DNA of 64,000 nt from Lepidodermella squamata. Its lineage: Eukaryota > Animalia > Gastrotricha. The stretch covers positions 1,984,001-2,048,000 of the forward strand of contig JBLDXI010000010.1 of assembly GCA_047495785.1 (NCBI GenBank), in the 5' to 3' direction. Every line of letters begins with the position of its first letter. Positions within the stretch are counted from its first letter, which is position 1. Under the pieces are notes generated by a model. That model was given only the letters and a program-made list of their open reading frames with translations, was not told where the DNA came from and ran no database searches. The position numbers and the translations under genes are program-made. Below are positions 14,201-29,621 of this stretch, piece after piece.

Positions 14201-15329
14201 CATAGAAAACTTAATAACACCCATTATCGTGCGCTTTCCAAAGCTGCCCGAAGCTGGTACAAAGCTGCCTGAAGCCGATGGCACGGCGTACAACACGCGG
14301 GGGTGGCTCGACGCCTCTGACGAATTAACGAGTTGAGAATATCGGAGAGATATAAAAGAAGAAAGTGGCAATGGAAAATTTGTTTTTGTCATATTCATCA
14401 GAAAGGGTCGGCATTATCAGGTAACGGCTCTAGAATTTCTCAAGCTTATAGCGCTTCCTTGCATGAGCTCACGGCTCAACTAAATTTTCACCATGCTTCT
14501 GTTACTGTAGATACCCCGTTTAGCCTGAAGATGGGCTCGAAACGTCGCTAACAGTACCAATTAACGGAGACTCGTGGCTGTAAAAACGCCTCAATTTGTC
14601 ATGTTTTGATTCAAATTATTTATATGTCCAACTTTCTCAAGTCGCAAACCTCGAGCTGTAAATATCCTAATACTAGTACTATTAACTTCTCTCTAATAGC
14701 AATTGAAACCAAATTATTTTTGGGTCTTCCTTTCGATTTGCTAGGCCTCGACCAAATTCTTGAATAGGCTGAATCTTTGATGGTTTCTCAATTTCCCTGT
14801 TGTAATATTTCTGAAAAAAATGTCAGCAAACCTGTAGCAGTGCGGCTAGAAATTCAGCAACTGGCCGATTAACCCGCGGCGGCAGTACGTCTTTCGCCAA
14901 CATTCGCTGAATTTTATCAACCGGCAGCACCAGAGCCGAATTCGCACTACTCGAACTCGAGGATGAAGATAAACTGATTTTCCGGCTGAAAAACGTAGTC
15001 GCACTGGAATTAGCGCTGGAACTCGTCGCGGTTGAGAACAACTCGATAACCGACTCGGCATATCGCATGCGAAGCGGATCCGGAAAATTTAGCACAATAT
15101 ACGACGATAAATCATCGGCACTGGCCGGTTTCACGCGGCCGCACACTTTGAGAATGAAATCGAATAGAACCAGTTCGATGAAAGCAGCCGCGCCGTAGTC
15201 GAGGAGCAGTTTCGATGAGACACCCTGTGATTGAAGGCGGTCGAGTAGCTCGAAAATAGCCGGTTGCAACGTGCCGCGGTACCGCTCGACAAACGGCGAT
15301 TGAGGGTCGATTTCGAATGGGAACGACAT
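5299..15329 (-). CDS. SOS: Son of sevenless Ras-GEF (histone fold, DH, PH, REM, CDC25, Pro-rich tail), about 7 exons
   Basis: N-terminal histone-fold exon (14832-15329); DH/PH exon (about 10732-11701); REM (IKGATLIKLIERLTYH); CDC25 (HPAELARQVTLLEF, NPPCVPFLG, INFTKWR); PPPLPPR SH3-binding motifs in the last exon. Confidence 0.95.
8824..9170 (+). pseudogene. Internally deleted MULE-transposase-like remnant in a SOS intron
   Basis: LKNWSKSHKAVSESENEPYVIDYSI...IVIIVS resembles the pre-DDE segment of the MULE transposase at 39386 (LRHFAEEHSKE...DDPFVVSSYF). A frameshifted RRG..KRKA tail resembles that protein's C-terminus. No catalytic core is present. Confidence 0.35.
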
Positions 15330-15753
15330 TGTTGAAGAGCGATGATAGGTCACAAATAAATTATAACAAATACGTAAAAAAATTACCCGACCATCTATAC
15401 AAGGAAGAAAAAATTAATTTAAAATTAGGCTATCAAATTCAAATGGATTTTTTCATTTTTTTCTTCATATTTTTGATGGAATTATTTGAGACGGTTTGCA
15501 ATAATAATGGCCTGAAAAATGAAATTTCCCTTCAAAATTGACAATTTATTTCCAAATTACAGAATTTCGAACAATTGATCACAAAAATTTCGAAAATTTG
15601 AAAAATAATCTCCCTTGGTTTTCGAAATTTATATTTTATGAAAATTTCAAAGAGATTTTGGTCATTTTCTATCATTTTTCAAGCCATTTCCTCGCATTTA
15701 GAAATGACTATCAATTTTCTCGAGGCATATTTTCTCTACACAACTCTTTGATT

Positions 15754-18700
15754 TTATTTATGACGCTCGGCCTTAGTGCCGTATAGAATGTAACCCGAAG
15801 GCCCGGGCATCATTATCACAGGGTGAGTACGGCCGGGTAGGACCTGCATTTCGCGGCACAGATTCGAAACCATTGACGCCATGACGCAACGGCCCGTGTT
15901 GACTAGCCACGTGAAACAGGGCGCGAGCAGCTCGCGGCTCTGATGGAACACAACGATAGGCCGGCTGTGGGCGACGCAGTCGAAATAGGCTTGCAGCACG
16001 GGCAGCGGGTTGTTTCTCGTCGCGATTATCAGCCTAATTTTGGGCAAAACAAACAGAATTAATCGATTATACTAAATAATAATAATACTAATTTTCAGTG
16101 ATTATCAATATGTTCAACGTGGATTTATGGTTCGATCATTTCGAAGTGAAAATCGAATATCCAGGAAAAGTTGGTCCGTACTTCTCACACTTCTCACAGA
16201 AGATTGATTGCCACTCGATAATTTCTTATAGGCTTTAAAGATCTCAAGGTCTCAAATAGCATAACCCCATGGGTGCTTTCGCTACGTCACTCTTGATGAT
16301 GAGCTGATCAGCTTGTATTCAGAATACATTGAAAAATATCGCCCTGAGGCCCAAAATTCTGAAAATGAACCTTAATTAGTTCTTCGTTGTGACGGCATTA
16401 AGTTCGAAATGTGACGCAGGAGTCCAAGTCCAAACGCCTCCCTACGGATGAGCGAATTGCTGATGCCATTAGAGGCCATTGGCTTTTCATATGATAATTC
16501 CTTACTTGTCTTTGATGATTAAAAGCCTGGCCCCAATTTCGAAAACAATCGCCGAATATTTCCAAGCTTGGCACGGACCACGCCGGCGGAAAATGCTACA
16601 GCCAGCGTATTCTGCCCTATTTTAAAAAGCTACCCCCCATACGGCGTCGAGCACTTGCTCCTTGCTCCCAGTCGCCAGGTCAATATATATGACAACGGCT
16701 TCAGATCATGTGATTCTCATGAGGCGGCTGAACCTATTATATTTACATCAGAAGGCCAGCCTTTCAGACTTGCTATCAAAGCCCTTACCCAGGCCAAACG
16801 AACCGCGTTTGAATCAAGCGACGACGATAACGAAGGTTCCAAAAAGAAATCACGAACATCTAATCATTTCCCATCCAGTGAATGATCGACTGTCGACCGC
16901 GTTAATCAACTGACTAGGCGTATCGGCATCGTCCATTCACTTCTTACGTCGTGTCCAATAAGTTTTTACTATATTTTTTAACCTTTAATTTGCCGTTTCA
17001 ATTTTCCGCGAGTTTTGAGACTCTTCGCAAGTATCCTCAAAAATGAAAATAAGCGCTGTCGGTGGCAATTTGAACCTCGAAGAAACGACAGCTTGACCAA
17101 CAATTAGAATCCCGTGATACCGTTCGCAGGGCGCGGCAATTCCGATCTTTGTCCCATCTTCGACATCAACGGAATCATTCGCTATCTTGTTGGTTACGTT
17201 TCGAAGGGAGAAATTATGTCTACTATTCGACCAGATACTGGCTGTCGAGAAATCGCTCAATTCCGACGTCTCCCGAGTTGTTCGCCGAATTTTCCAAAAA
17301 TTCATCGGCGACCGCGACTACTCGGCACAAGAAGTGATGCCCCAGCTGATCGGGTTGCCTTTGCGCAATTGCACCCGAAAATGTGCCCCCGAAAAATTAA
17401 CTTTTACCCGGCTGAAAAACGTCTGATGGCTCGTGTATTCAAGAAGAATCTGCGTCTCAATGACACGGCTGATAACGAACAGCAGAATCGCATAGACGAA
17501 GAATCGTGTTTCGTTGACGAGTCGACGAAGACAAGCGATGTCGTGGAGCTATATAAAACTCGCAAAACGGACCATGAATCGGTCACCCTGTTCAAATTTG
17601 CATCGGAGCTTGGATGGAAGAAGAACGTATCCACGGGCAATAATTACCGGCTTTGCTAAATTTCTCTGCGTTTTTTATACAATAGAGGCGATTTAAATTG
17701 CGAAACTCATGGCATTTGGAGCTTTTCCGACCCCTTATACTTTCTGTTCCTTTAATTACCGTACTGCCCGAAAATAATGTCAGGTCAGTGGCGTGGGCAA
17801 TAGTAAAGGCCTAGCCCTAAATGAGGTCATTTTAGCCGTCATTCTGATTGGATATAATTTCTACTCTTGGCACTTAAAATGGTCAAGGACCACTTTTTGA
17901 GTCAAAATATGTAGAATCTCAGGGAAATGTATGCCATTTTGGTTATCTAGCCAATGTGATTCATACCGAAAATTCAGCTTTTGTGCGTGTATCGTGGCTG
18001 TACAAGGAAATTCATGTAACAAACAAATAATCGCCCACACATCAAATAAGCCTCTTTTGTTCTGCCTTCTAATCGAGAATTTACAACCGAAAAACTATCT
18101 GAAAAGTTTTAAAGAGGTCAAGAATTACGAAGAAAAATTAGAATTTCGAATAAATTGAGAATTCTAAGCTCAGGATAGTAATTGATACCTAGTTAGCTAT
18201 AATATAATCCGGAAAATTTTCACTCACCCGTCAAAATTGCCTTCTTTCAAAACGGTCCAGAGCGATTTCAGTTTCTCAAACCGCGCTTTTCTTCGCTCCA
18301 ACTTCTCCGCAACCTCCGTCGGACTGTCATTTTTGCCAACAATCACGCCCGAAGCGTCATCTCCAGGCACGCAGGGCAGGTCCAAAAACTCGGTCTGCGC
18401 CACGCTCTCGCTGTACTGCATCGGAAACGACTCGATAATGCCGTAATCCGACTCAGGCAACTGAATCGCGTCGAAAATTTTGCGAAACACCTCGCGCGTT
18501 GGCTGCGTTGACGTGTGAAGATCGAAAATCTGCCCGCCCCCAGCCATTCGACTGACCATAGACAGCAGCACCAGGCCGCCGCAGTTGTCGAAAACAATGA
18601 ACCGACCGCCGTGAGACACATTGCCATGGCACATAATTCCGGCTAGAATGTCAGAACTCAGCCCGCCAATGCGCTGCTTGCCCCTCTGGGCCATCCAATC

Positions 18701-19213
18701 CATCAAATTTCTCACAGATGGCTTGAGCAATCGAATGATAATTCGGTGCTTTTTGTGTTTCCGCTTCAGATATTTCTCCTTAGAAAACACTGTTTTTTCT
18801 TTGAATGTCGAAGAATTTTCAACCAGCCTCGACACGACTTCAGAACCTTTAAACCCGGTCCGTTTCAACTCTTTAATTTCGTCTTCAGTCAATTTTTGAT
18901 TTTCAGGATTTTCAATTAAATTTCGATTATCGCCCGCAATTTCGCAGGGGTTATTAGCCGAGGTCGTTTCATCCTCGCCATCCATACCGTGAAATGCGAG
19001 ATTGTGAAAATGTTGCTCCTTAATTTCGTGAATTTCACTATCGACAACTTCTAGCAGTGTGCCGAATCGCAGGCCGACAACTTTTGCGGCGCTGAATTTC
19101 GCGTGGTGGATTTTGATTTTGCGACTCGAGTAGACGCGGTCGAGGAATACGTGGATGTTGTTGCATTCGATGAGGACAAAATCATTCTCGCGAATTATTC
19201 CAATTTCACTCAT
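15754..19213 (-). CDS. TRMT6: tRNA m1A58 methyltransferase non-catalytic subunit TRM6/GCD10, 2 exons
   Basis: Exon 1 (19213-18228) has DNRNL, ENSSTFKEKTVFSKEKYLKRKHKKH. Exon 2 (about 16033-15754) has SRPIVVF and QVLPGRTHPVIMMPGPSGYIL. Confidence 0.93.
17100..17660 (+). mobile_element. Degenerate Helitron2/Helentron Rep-domain fragment in the TRMT6 intron
   Basis: Frameshifted NSDLCPIFDINGIIRYLVGYVSKGE...RRIFQKFIGDRDYSAQEVMPQLIGLPLRNCTRK resembles the Helentron Rep motif-3 region (YxxxYxxK, then RxxSAQE, LxGLPL). Confidence 0.7.
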
Positions 19214-19600
19214 AATTCGATCGATTGAAAAATCAACAAATAGCAATCACAACAATTAAGATTAAAATTCTATTGGAAAATAAATAGATAAATTAAAAAG
19301 AAATTGAGCAATTAATTTTTCAAATATTTTTTCAAAGGTATAAAATGAGGTGTAAAAATTTGCGAATTTCTAGCGAAAAAGCTTAGAAAAATCACATTTT
19401 TCGCAATTTCTCAACAAATTAGGAAATTCGGTCGAATTATGTGCATTATTCAAAATTTAATTCGACTTTAAAATTTATTTTAACCCAAGAAATGATGGAT
19501 TGAAAATTAGGGAATACTTGGATTTTTTGAAGCTTTTTGGCTAGAAAACATCGCATTCCAATGATGAATCGTTTTAGTATCACTTTTTTAGAAACTTTTT

Positions 19601-22600
19601 TCACCAGTTTGGCACACCGGGAAACGTGTCCAGTTCATCGACCAGAGTACATAGTCTCAAGCCCTTTTCAACAACCATATCAACGGCGTCCTGCAGTTTC
19701 GCTTGGCTGGTCTGCGTCCTCGCCAGTGCCATGTACATCTCTTTAGCCCAGGGGCAAGCTTGCAACGCTCGAAACAGCACATTTTCCAGCTTTTTCGACC
19801 CAATTTTCGACTCGAACGCGATGTAAAACGCCCAGATAACGCAACTTCTCAACGAATTTGGAGAAACTAGAGATTTTTCGAAGTAGGACCGGATCATATT
19901 TTCAGCACCGCCAATCGAGCTCGGGTCGATTTTTGCGATTAAAGCGGTTAAAATCGAAAGCCAAGCGCTGGGTTGGTTGATTTTATGCGACATTGATCGC
20001 GTGAATTTGACGAAACTCGACGACATGAACGCCGGCTCTCGGATAGCGATTAGGCCTTGTAAAAACGCCGGGTTAGACGGGAAATCGTTCAAAGCGATCA
20101 AAACAATCTCTCTCAGGTGAGTTATCGATTTTATACTCGTTCGATAGTCGAAATTCGCGATGGAAACACGCGACCAGTGAAGACGTAGCGTGACTTGTTC
20201 CAAAAATCTCCGCACCGTCGAGTAAGGATTTAGCGAAGATTTCGACTTCGCAACCACATCGACTTGATTTAGCAGGGATGTTAGGACGAAATCGGCACTT
20301 GGTAGAGGGTTTTCGTTTTTCAAACGAGATACGAGGTACGTGAAGAGGGCGTAGCATTCGGCGACTTGGCAAATCAGCGGCTGGACCGGCATTAGGTGTT
20401 GTTCTGGCTGCTGGTCATCGCTGCCCGGAATGTTCGAGAATTTCAAAAATGGCACCAGTTGCTGGTCAACTTCAGCTTTGACCTAAGAGGTTAAAGGATA
20501 GAAGAATGAATTTAAAATCAAATTAGGTTAGCAAACTAAACAATTTCTCAACTCTTTTACATAATGATGAGGTAATAGGCGGTTTTATTGACGCGGAGAC
20601 CCAATTTCTTTCAAAGCACCTTAGTGCAACTCGTTCACGTCGCGGAAGAACCCCCCTTCGGTGTTTTTTTCTGATTACTGTACTGGAAGTTTTCCGAAGT
20701 GCGAGTTCTTCCGCGACGTGAACGAACTTAGTGCAACTAGAGTAGTTCGAGTAATTGGACTTGTTTCCATTTCATGTTTATAGACGACGAGCACGAGGAC
20801 CAAGAGCAATCAATCAGAAATGTCTTCCTGTACACGGTACAGTTTTGTCAAACTGGGGTGAGTCATCTGAATTTTCGGTCACATCGGTTTCTCCTTCTTC
20901 TTCTGATTTTGCAGACATGTCAGGGTCGTACTCCCATCGAGGCGCGGATCTGTCCGTGGAGCGGGGCAATGTAGTCGCGGACCGTAGTTTTCGGCGATCT
21001 TACGCTTTGGTAGCACCAGGAGTACTTAGGAAGCCTGAGAAAGTTTCTGGCGAGAAGTTCAAGCCGTGCCTGGCTGACCTACGGGACGGGTGGTGCCGAA
21101 CTGTCCCCAACTAGCTTGAACTACTAGAACGACCAGGTCACGGTAATAGACTGTTTTAGACCCTAAAAGCCAAAGGCTACTCACGAGGTAAGGCCATCAT
21201 GGTTACATTTTCAACTTCAATTTTTGAATTTCCTATTGGTTCGATTTTAATTGTTAACAGCCTTCCTTCATCTCTTAACTCTTAACTAAACTAAATAGGC
21301 ATGCAACTTACTTGATCAACATCGCCAATATCACCGCTGATTGCTCTTCGCAGCAAACACGACGCCAACAGCTTCAAAACCGGCCGAGTCACGCCTGGAT
21401 CGTCCACATTCGCGTCGACAACGCGGGAAACGTCAATGTAACCAGGCTCTGGCGCGGATTTCATGAACGTAAAATAGGCAGTTTGACTCGCCAAATGGCA
21501 TAGAGCACCCCAACTTGCGTACAGCTTCAATTGATGCGACATTGCAATCGCGGTTTCAGCCATTTTCAACGCCGAATTCAAGTTTTTCCCCAATTTCAAC
21601 TCAGCCTCACTGCATAACGCCCAAATTGCGAGATTATTGCGATTAGCCGGCTCTTTCAACACGTCTCGAATGAGATTTTTCACCCTTTTCGACCTCGAGT
21701 CGAAATTACTGGAATTTTCCTCCGATACACAGCATTTTATCTCTTTTTTCACGTAGCAACAAATCAAATGAGTTCGAAACGGTTCGTTCAAAATTCCGGC
21801 GATTTGGTTGAATGAATTATTGACGATTTCTCGAAATAAACCACGGTCATATTGGACCAATTTCGGCCGAGAATCAGCGTCGAAATTCATCGATCGGCAC
21901 GTAAAACTTGTTGAAAATGCGTCATTTTTCAGGTATGTATCCAACGGGTTCGCGATATCCAGGCCGAAAAATTCGAAAAACAGAAGCAAAATTCGATATT
22001 TATTTTCGGGCGCGGCGATTTTGATCAGGAATCGCGAAATATCGTCGAAAACCACCTGCCGTTCCGGGTCGTCGGTGTGGGGTGAATTTTCGGGTAGCGG
22101 TAAAATTCGCCGAGCTGTTCGAGATTCTTCAAGGTACGCCCAAATCATCGACCTTGAACTACCCTGGGGCGATTTTTCAATGACTAATCGATCAATTTCG
22201 TCTTCCAGCTCGAGATTTGATACGAAATTTTGGTTTTCAGTGCGATCTTTCGGGTCGTTTATGATTGCCGGGTTCCATTTCGCCCAGCCACAGGCGTTTC
22301 GAAGGCCGAACAGCGGAGCATTTGAGCTGAAATACAGCTCTAGCTCGTCGATAGCTTGAGTTCTTGGCATCGATTGAACAGGCTGGGGTGCGAAATACGT
22401 CAGTTCGATTTGGCACTGGAATAGGAGGACGGCTCGTTCTGTGAAACCAGCTTCTCGCAACATGTAGACCAGTGCGACAAAAATGTCTAAAATTCAAGAA
22501 AAACGCGCGGATTAACCTCAATTTTCGTAAGAAACAAATAATTTAAGCCGGGAAATTAACAATTGTGGGCTAATTTGTTAAAATTCATCGAAAGTTTACA

Positions 22601-23882
22601 TTTTAAACTTTTAAATTTTGCGAAACCGCGTTGATTTTTTCTAAATTCAATTGAATGACTTACATATCATTTGTTCCTCCAGATTTGGCCCAGCTTTATG
22701 CGATTTGATCGTGCCATCCAATATGTTCGAAATCGTACTTAGACACCTCGAGAAAGTCATCATTAGCTTATCGAACGAGAAACCAGCAAACCGCCGGCAA
22801 TGCGCCATAATACACTCCCACCACACGTCCGCATTATTCGGATGAACAAAGGCAATGTTTCGCCATTCTTCAGCCACAGCATCTTGATTAGCCATCGAAT
22901 TTCCCTTCAATTTTATTTTTTCAACCAGCAACCTCACATTGCCAGGATTTTGCGACAGCGCGCGGTCTAAAATCGCCAGCTTTTTCTCTAGCAACGCCGA
23001 TTCAGTCATTTGATCGCCAAATTTTGACAAATCGTTCTGAAAATCGACGAAATCAAGCCATAGCTGAACATTTTGGGGTTCGAAGCCAAGTCTTTTGTTG
23101 AAATCTTCAGTTTTCTGACGAATCGACGCTTTTTTCAACTCATCGTACGGCAAATCCAGGTTTTCAGTCGTAGTTTTCGTTGGCAAATCGTCGTGAATTG
23201 GCCGTAATCTCAAAACAGGAGGCAGGTCCAAAATCGATATTGGCGATTTTCGAATTCGAGCCGTCACGTCTTGAATTTTCATCAATTTTCGCAGTTGATT
23301 TCGGTCGAAATACCGCTTTTCCTTCGCCTTTTGCGCTTTTTTCTTGTCATTTTTTGCTAAAATTTGCTCCTTCTTCCGGTACATCAACTCGCCCTTTTTC
23401 GAATTTGACAGCGCGAATTGGGGAGATATATTGTAATATCGCGATAGATGGCCGTCGAAAATCGACCCGTATTTGACTAACGAGTGATTTGAAGCACGGT
23501 CGATTCGAAATGGAACAGGTTTATCCGCTGATTTTAGGCTAGCAATCGATATATCTTCCAGAAATAACGCACCTAGTGGAGCTTTTTGACCCGAAATTCC
23601 AGCATTTTTCGCTTGAACTTCAGCCTCGTCACGCTTGAGTAGCTTTCGCGGAATTTCTTCATCAGAATCGGCAAGATCGATCACTTCCTCCACGCCAATG
23701 CTGGACTCTGAATCTGAAGAGATGGCAACGACTTCTTTTTTCGGGACTGGAATGGTGAAACTGTCATTTTTCAGCCAATCTATTGCTGTTTGACTAGAAT
23801 TTCCAACTGCAGTCGCATCAAATTTTTCAATTCGAGTCTCATCGGGTTTACTTAGCCCGGAATAGGCCGGAAATAAACTCAT
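19601..23882 (-). CDS. NRDE2: Nuclear exosome regulator NRDE2, 3 exons
   Basis: Starts MSLFPAY. Contains LWLDFVDFQ, LREAGFTERAV, DDPERQVVFDDI and the C-terminal RALQACPWAK...GLRL. Exons are approximately 23882-22664, 22486-21313 and 20482-19601. Confidence 0.93.
20620..20738. mobile_element. Tiny hairpin insertion (MITE-like) in an NRDE2 intron
   Basis: Inverted repeat CGTTCACGTCGCGGAAGAAC / GTTCTTCCGCGACGTGAACG, bracketed by direct repeat CTTAGTGCAACT at 20620-20631 and 20727-20738. Confidence 0.7.
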
Positions 23883-24179
23883 TAAAAATCTAAGAATAAA
23901 ACAAATATTTGATTCAACAAAACATTTTAATAAATTTTTAACATCCCTTCGGGATCTTTGCAAATAAGACCAGAATGAAACTAAACAAGAGATAGTGTTG
24001 AATTTTTTCGTTGGCATGTGAAAAATTAGAGGAGAAAAGCCGGATAAATATCACCACAGAACGCTGTAAAAATGTTGCTCAAATAATTCCAGATCATTCG
24101 ACGCGTTAACACAGGAACGAATTGGGACAAGCTCGAAACAATTAATTTGAGATTTTTTTCGATCGAAATAAAGATGAGG

Positions 24180-24938
24180 TTAGAAGTAGGAATTTTGCAA
24201 TTCAAGTGATAGAATGTAGTATTTAGCGCCGCGTTCGCCGATTTGCCACGGCGACGATTCATCGACATGGAAGCCTAGTTTTTTCGTATAAAACGAAACA
24301 GCCGCCGTATTATGCGGAAATACTGTGAGCAATATCTTGTCCATTTGAGCCTTCAAAGCGATCAACTCGAGACTTTTCAGAATATAGCTACCAAGACCGC
24401 CTCGTTGAAATTGCCTTGAAACTTGCAACTCATAACTGGAAAACAAAAATATTGAAAATTTACAAAAATTCAGAATTTTGCGCTCAAATAAATTTCGAGC
24501 CGTTTCCGTTTAAAAAAAATCGAAATAATTTGCCTTACCAATATAAAACAGCTTGCGAGCCTTCGAGTTCGAAGCGAAAATGAGCAAAAGCGACTAGTCG
24601 TTTTGATTCCGATTCTTGAACGAGCAGAAATCTGGCCGTGTCATCTGTTAATTCGGCCAATTTTTTCGGTCGATCCCAGCCCCATGAAGACGACTCGTAG
24701 AGTTCTCGCATATTTTCTTCGACAAGCTTCATCGCTTCTTCTGCTACATTATTAGGCAGATCTTTCCGGGCTACGACAGTAACCTCAACAACACTTCTAA
24801 AAAAATTTAAAAATTAATGAATCGAATTATAAAAAATTGAACTAACCCTCGAAGTTTGAAGAATGTTTCGTTGAGATATTCAGCAAGATTTCGCCCGTTT
24901 GCATTGCGAACACGCACCTCAGGAGCAAAAAATGACAT
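24180..24938 (-). CDS. NAA40: N-alpha-acetyltransferase 40 (NatD), 3 exons
   Basis: LVEENMRELYESSSWGWD, AFAHFRFE, LY-YELQV, GLGSYIL, LTVFPHN, DESSP, YYILS are NAA40 GNAT motifs. Confidence 0.9.
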
Positions 24939-25498
24939 TTCAAATCCTAAAAATTACAAAAAAAATCATAATAAATTCCGTAGAAAAAATAGCGAAAATT
25001 TATTCATCTTTCCTCGAATTTTCCATCAATATAGTCAATGAAGGGCCGTTTTTCCGGCCCGGTTTTTCATTTGCTGTACAGGAGAAGAAGAAGACGGCAA
25101 CGACATATAAAACAACAACGATTAAACGACATGAACAATGAACAGTTTTTCACCATATATTTTAGTCGAATTATTTTTCCCACGACATATCTACATCGTT
25201 TTAATAGCTGACGTAACGGAAGAAATTCCACACTTCAATTTGAGTTGCTGCTGTATTCCGGGAATGAGAGACTTGCAAGTCAAGTAGCTTCCATTTATCA
25301 TTGAAGCAACAATCTGAGTGTCTTGCGCACATATTTCAGTCCAAAAAAATCAGGGATGGAAAGAACAAAAAACTGGTTCTCGTCATTTCTTATAAAATAT
25401 TCAAATATTTTTCCGAAATTATACGAAAAAAACGTAACAGGAGAGAGTGAGAGATATTAGCCTGGCACATGCGCGATTTTTTTTCCGGTATAACTTAA

Positions 25499-27189
<1,691 letters not shown>

Positions 27190-28331
27190 GAGGAAGATAG
27201 CACAACTTGCCCAAATACGTATTCAATGTCTAGTAAATAACAAGATTGAGACTCGCAACTACAATGAAAAATGATATTAGTATCAACAAGCGACAGGAGC
27301 TTTGAAATAAGACCAAATAAGACATTTTAAATTCTTGAGGTATTCCTCTGGAGAATGGGAGTCAAAAAACCTCAAAACTTCATAGCTCATAGCTATCTAA
27401 TATCAGAACCTATAACCTATAGTTAAACACTCAATTCCTACTGACGCCTGGATCCTCAACTTAGAAATGCTCGTAGCAAGAGTGTAGAGTGTAGATTGCA
27501 TTGTAAGTAAAATTAAAATGATAGCGAACAAGCTATTAACTTAGAAAAGATACAGCGGTTAAGCGAGAGTAAAGGGTAACATGCGAAAAGTAAAGATGCC
27601 TTTTTTCTTGCGTCCTCGGATGAATGAACTAAGGAGTCGATGAACTCCGAACTCAGCGTCACAGGTAAGAACGATGACCCGCTTGAAGTCCCGCCCCAAA
27701 CTGTACTATAACCCTGCATAACAGAATGAATTGGTATAAAAAAAATTTAAATGCAAACCTTAATAAACTATTTATAAAATGAGAAAAGTTGCTACTACAA
27801 TAATTCCATTTTTAAATAGGTCATATATTAATGAAAAACTGAGGCTGCAGATGGCACTTTGCGATTGATTGATGGGTTTGGGCTCATCGGACTGTTGCAG
27901 CTTACCGCTTACCTCGATCTTTCTCTCGCGACATTCTCACCAACCACCGTCTGTAACCCATGAAAGTTGAAGAATTGGCGGTCACTTCCCCTTCAATATC
28001 GAATATCGCAATTTCACCATGCTCCAGACGGGGTCTGACGTACAACGGGGCCATATTTTGCCGTGGACGTTTTGGTAGTTAATAGTAATGGCGCTTGGCG
28101 TTCGTAGTTAGATTAAGACGCTGTACAAGAATAAAGTGATCAATTGAGTGAAATATGATCTGCGGCCATCTTTTTCCTTCAATTTTTAATTATATTGTGA
28201 GCACCCTTTCAGAATTTAGCACTGATGTTAGTTGCTACTGCTAGTCGCATCCATATAATTTGTTTATTAATTGCGTTGGGTTTTTTTATGGCTTCATCTA
28301 GACAATTTGACAGTATTATTATTGAGGAAAC

Positions 28332-29456
28332 ATGGATGTCCTCGCTAATCAGCCCATTGTACTGGACAACGGGTCAGGCATGATCAAAGCAGGCTTTGCT
28401 GGTGACCAAATTCCCAAGTATATCTTTCCAAACTACGTTGGCCGACCCAAACACGTTCGTGTCATGGCCGGTGGACTAGAAGGTGACACTTTCATTGGAC
28501 CACGTGCTGAGGAGCACCGCGGCTTGCTTAGAATAAATTATCCGATGGAACATGGAATCGTCACTGACTGGGACGACATGGAACGCATTTGGCACTTTCT
28601 ACTTTGCTCCAAAGATCAAATGTACATAAAACCGGAAGAGCATCCGGTTCTGCTCACCGAAGCTCCACTGAACCCGGCTCGCAATCGCGAGCGCGCTGCT
28701 CAGATTTTCTTTGAAACATTCGGAACGCCGGCTCTTTTCATGTCAATTCAAGCTGTTCTTAGCTTGTATTCAACTGGTCGAACAACAGGCATTGTTTTAG
28801 ACAGTGGTGATGGTGTCACTCATGCCGTGCCAATCTACGAGGGCTATGCCCTCACTCACAGCATTCAGCGGGCTGATATTGCCGGGCGTGACGTGACCAA
28901 CTATTTGCGTCTCCTTTTAAGAAAAGAGGCGCGTCATTTTAAAACCAGTGCCGAATTTGAGGTTGTACGTCAAATCAAAGAACGCGCCTGCTTTGTATCT
29001 TCGAACATTCAAAAGGACGAAATCAATCCGCCGGAGAAGATGGCCTATACCCTGCCCGACGGCAGTCAATTCGAGTTAGGTATGAGCCGTTTCCGCGCTC
29101 CGGAAGTTCTCTTCCGCCCTGATCTCATCGGCGATGAATCGCCTGGAATTCACGAGTTGCTAACTTTCGGCATTCAACGCGCTGATCTTGAACTGCGAAA
29201 GGTGCTGTATTCGAACATTATTTTATCAGGAGGTTGCACCCTACTGAAAGGATTCGGCGAACGAATTCTAGGCGAGGTGAAAAAGTTGGCGCCTAAGGAT
29301 ATTAAAATCAAAATTTCCGCGCCCGCTGAACGGTTGTACTCGACGTGGATGGGCGGGTCAATTTTGGCCTCGCTGGACACTTTCAAACGCATGTGGGTTT
29401 CGAAAAAGGAATATGATTCCGAAGGTGCTCGCATTCTCCACAAAAAGTTTTTCTAG
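28332..29456 (+). CDS. ACTR1: Centractin / actin-related protein 1 (dynactin filament), intronless
   Basis: 374-aa ORF with Arp1-specific motifs [28 protein letters not shown] and [17 protein letters not shown]. Confidence 0.96.
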   Translation: MDVLANQPIVLDNGSGMIKAGFAGDQIPKYIFPNYVGRPKHVRVMAGGLEGDTFIGPRAEEHRGLLRINYPMEHGIVTDWDDMERIWHFLLCSKDQMYIKPEEHPVLLTEAPLNPARNRERAAQIFFETFGTPALFMSIQAVLSLYSTGRTTGIVLDSGDGVTHAVPIYEGYALTHSIQRADIAGRDVTNYLRLLLRKEARHFKTSAEFEVVRQIKERACFVSSNIQKDEINPPEKMAYTLPDGSQFELGMSRFRAPEVLFRPDLIGDESPGIHELLTFGIQRADLELRKVLYSNIILSGGCTLLKGFGERILGEVKKLAPKDIKIKISAPAERLYSTWMGGSILASLDTFKRMWVSKKEYDSEGARILHKKFF

Positions 29457-29621
29457 GTCTTCTGCAAACCGCAATTGTGTGTCTTAATTATCCGATTTAA
29501 TCTGCTTTTTCTCTGTCTGCAATTCCTGGTGCGGCTGCTGCTCTTTGATTTTGTTTATTATAATAGTAATTATTAAAGTGAAATTTGCTAATTATGTTTT
29601 GTTATTTTAGGGTATTTTAAG

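Noticed and set aside
28332-29456. Intronless ACTR1 as a retro-pseudogene
   Set aside because: The ORF is intact and conserved with no poly(A) or TSD scar; genes here are generally intron-poor.
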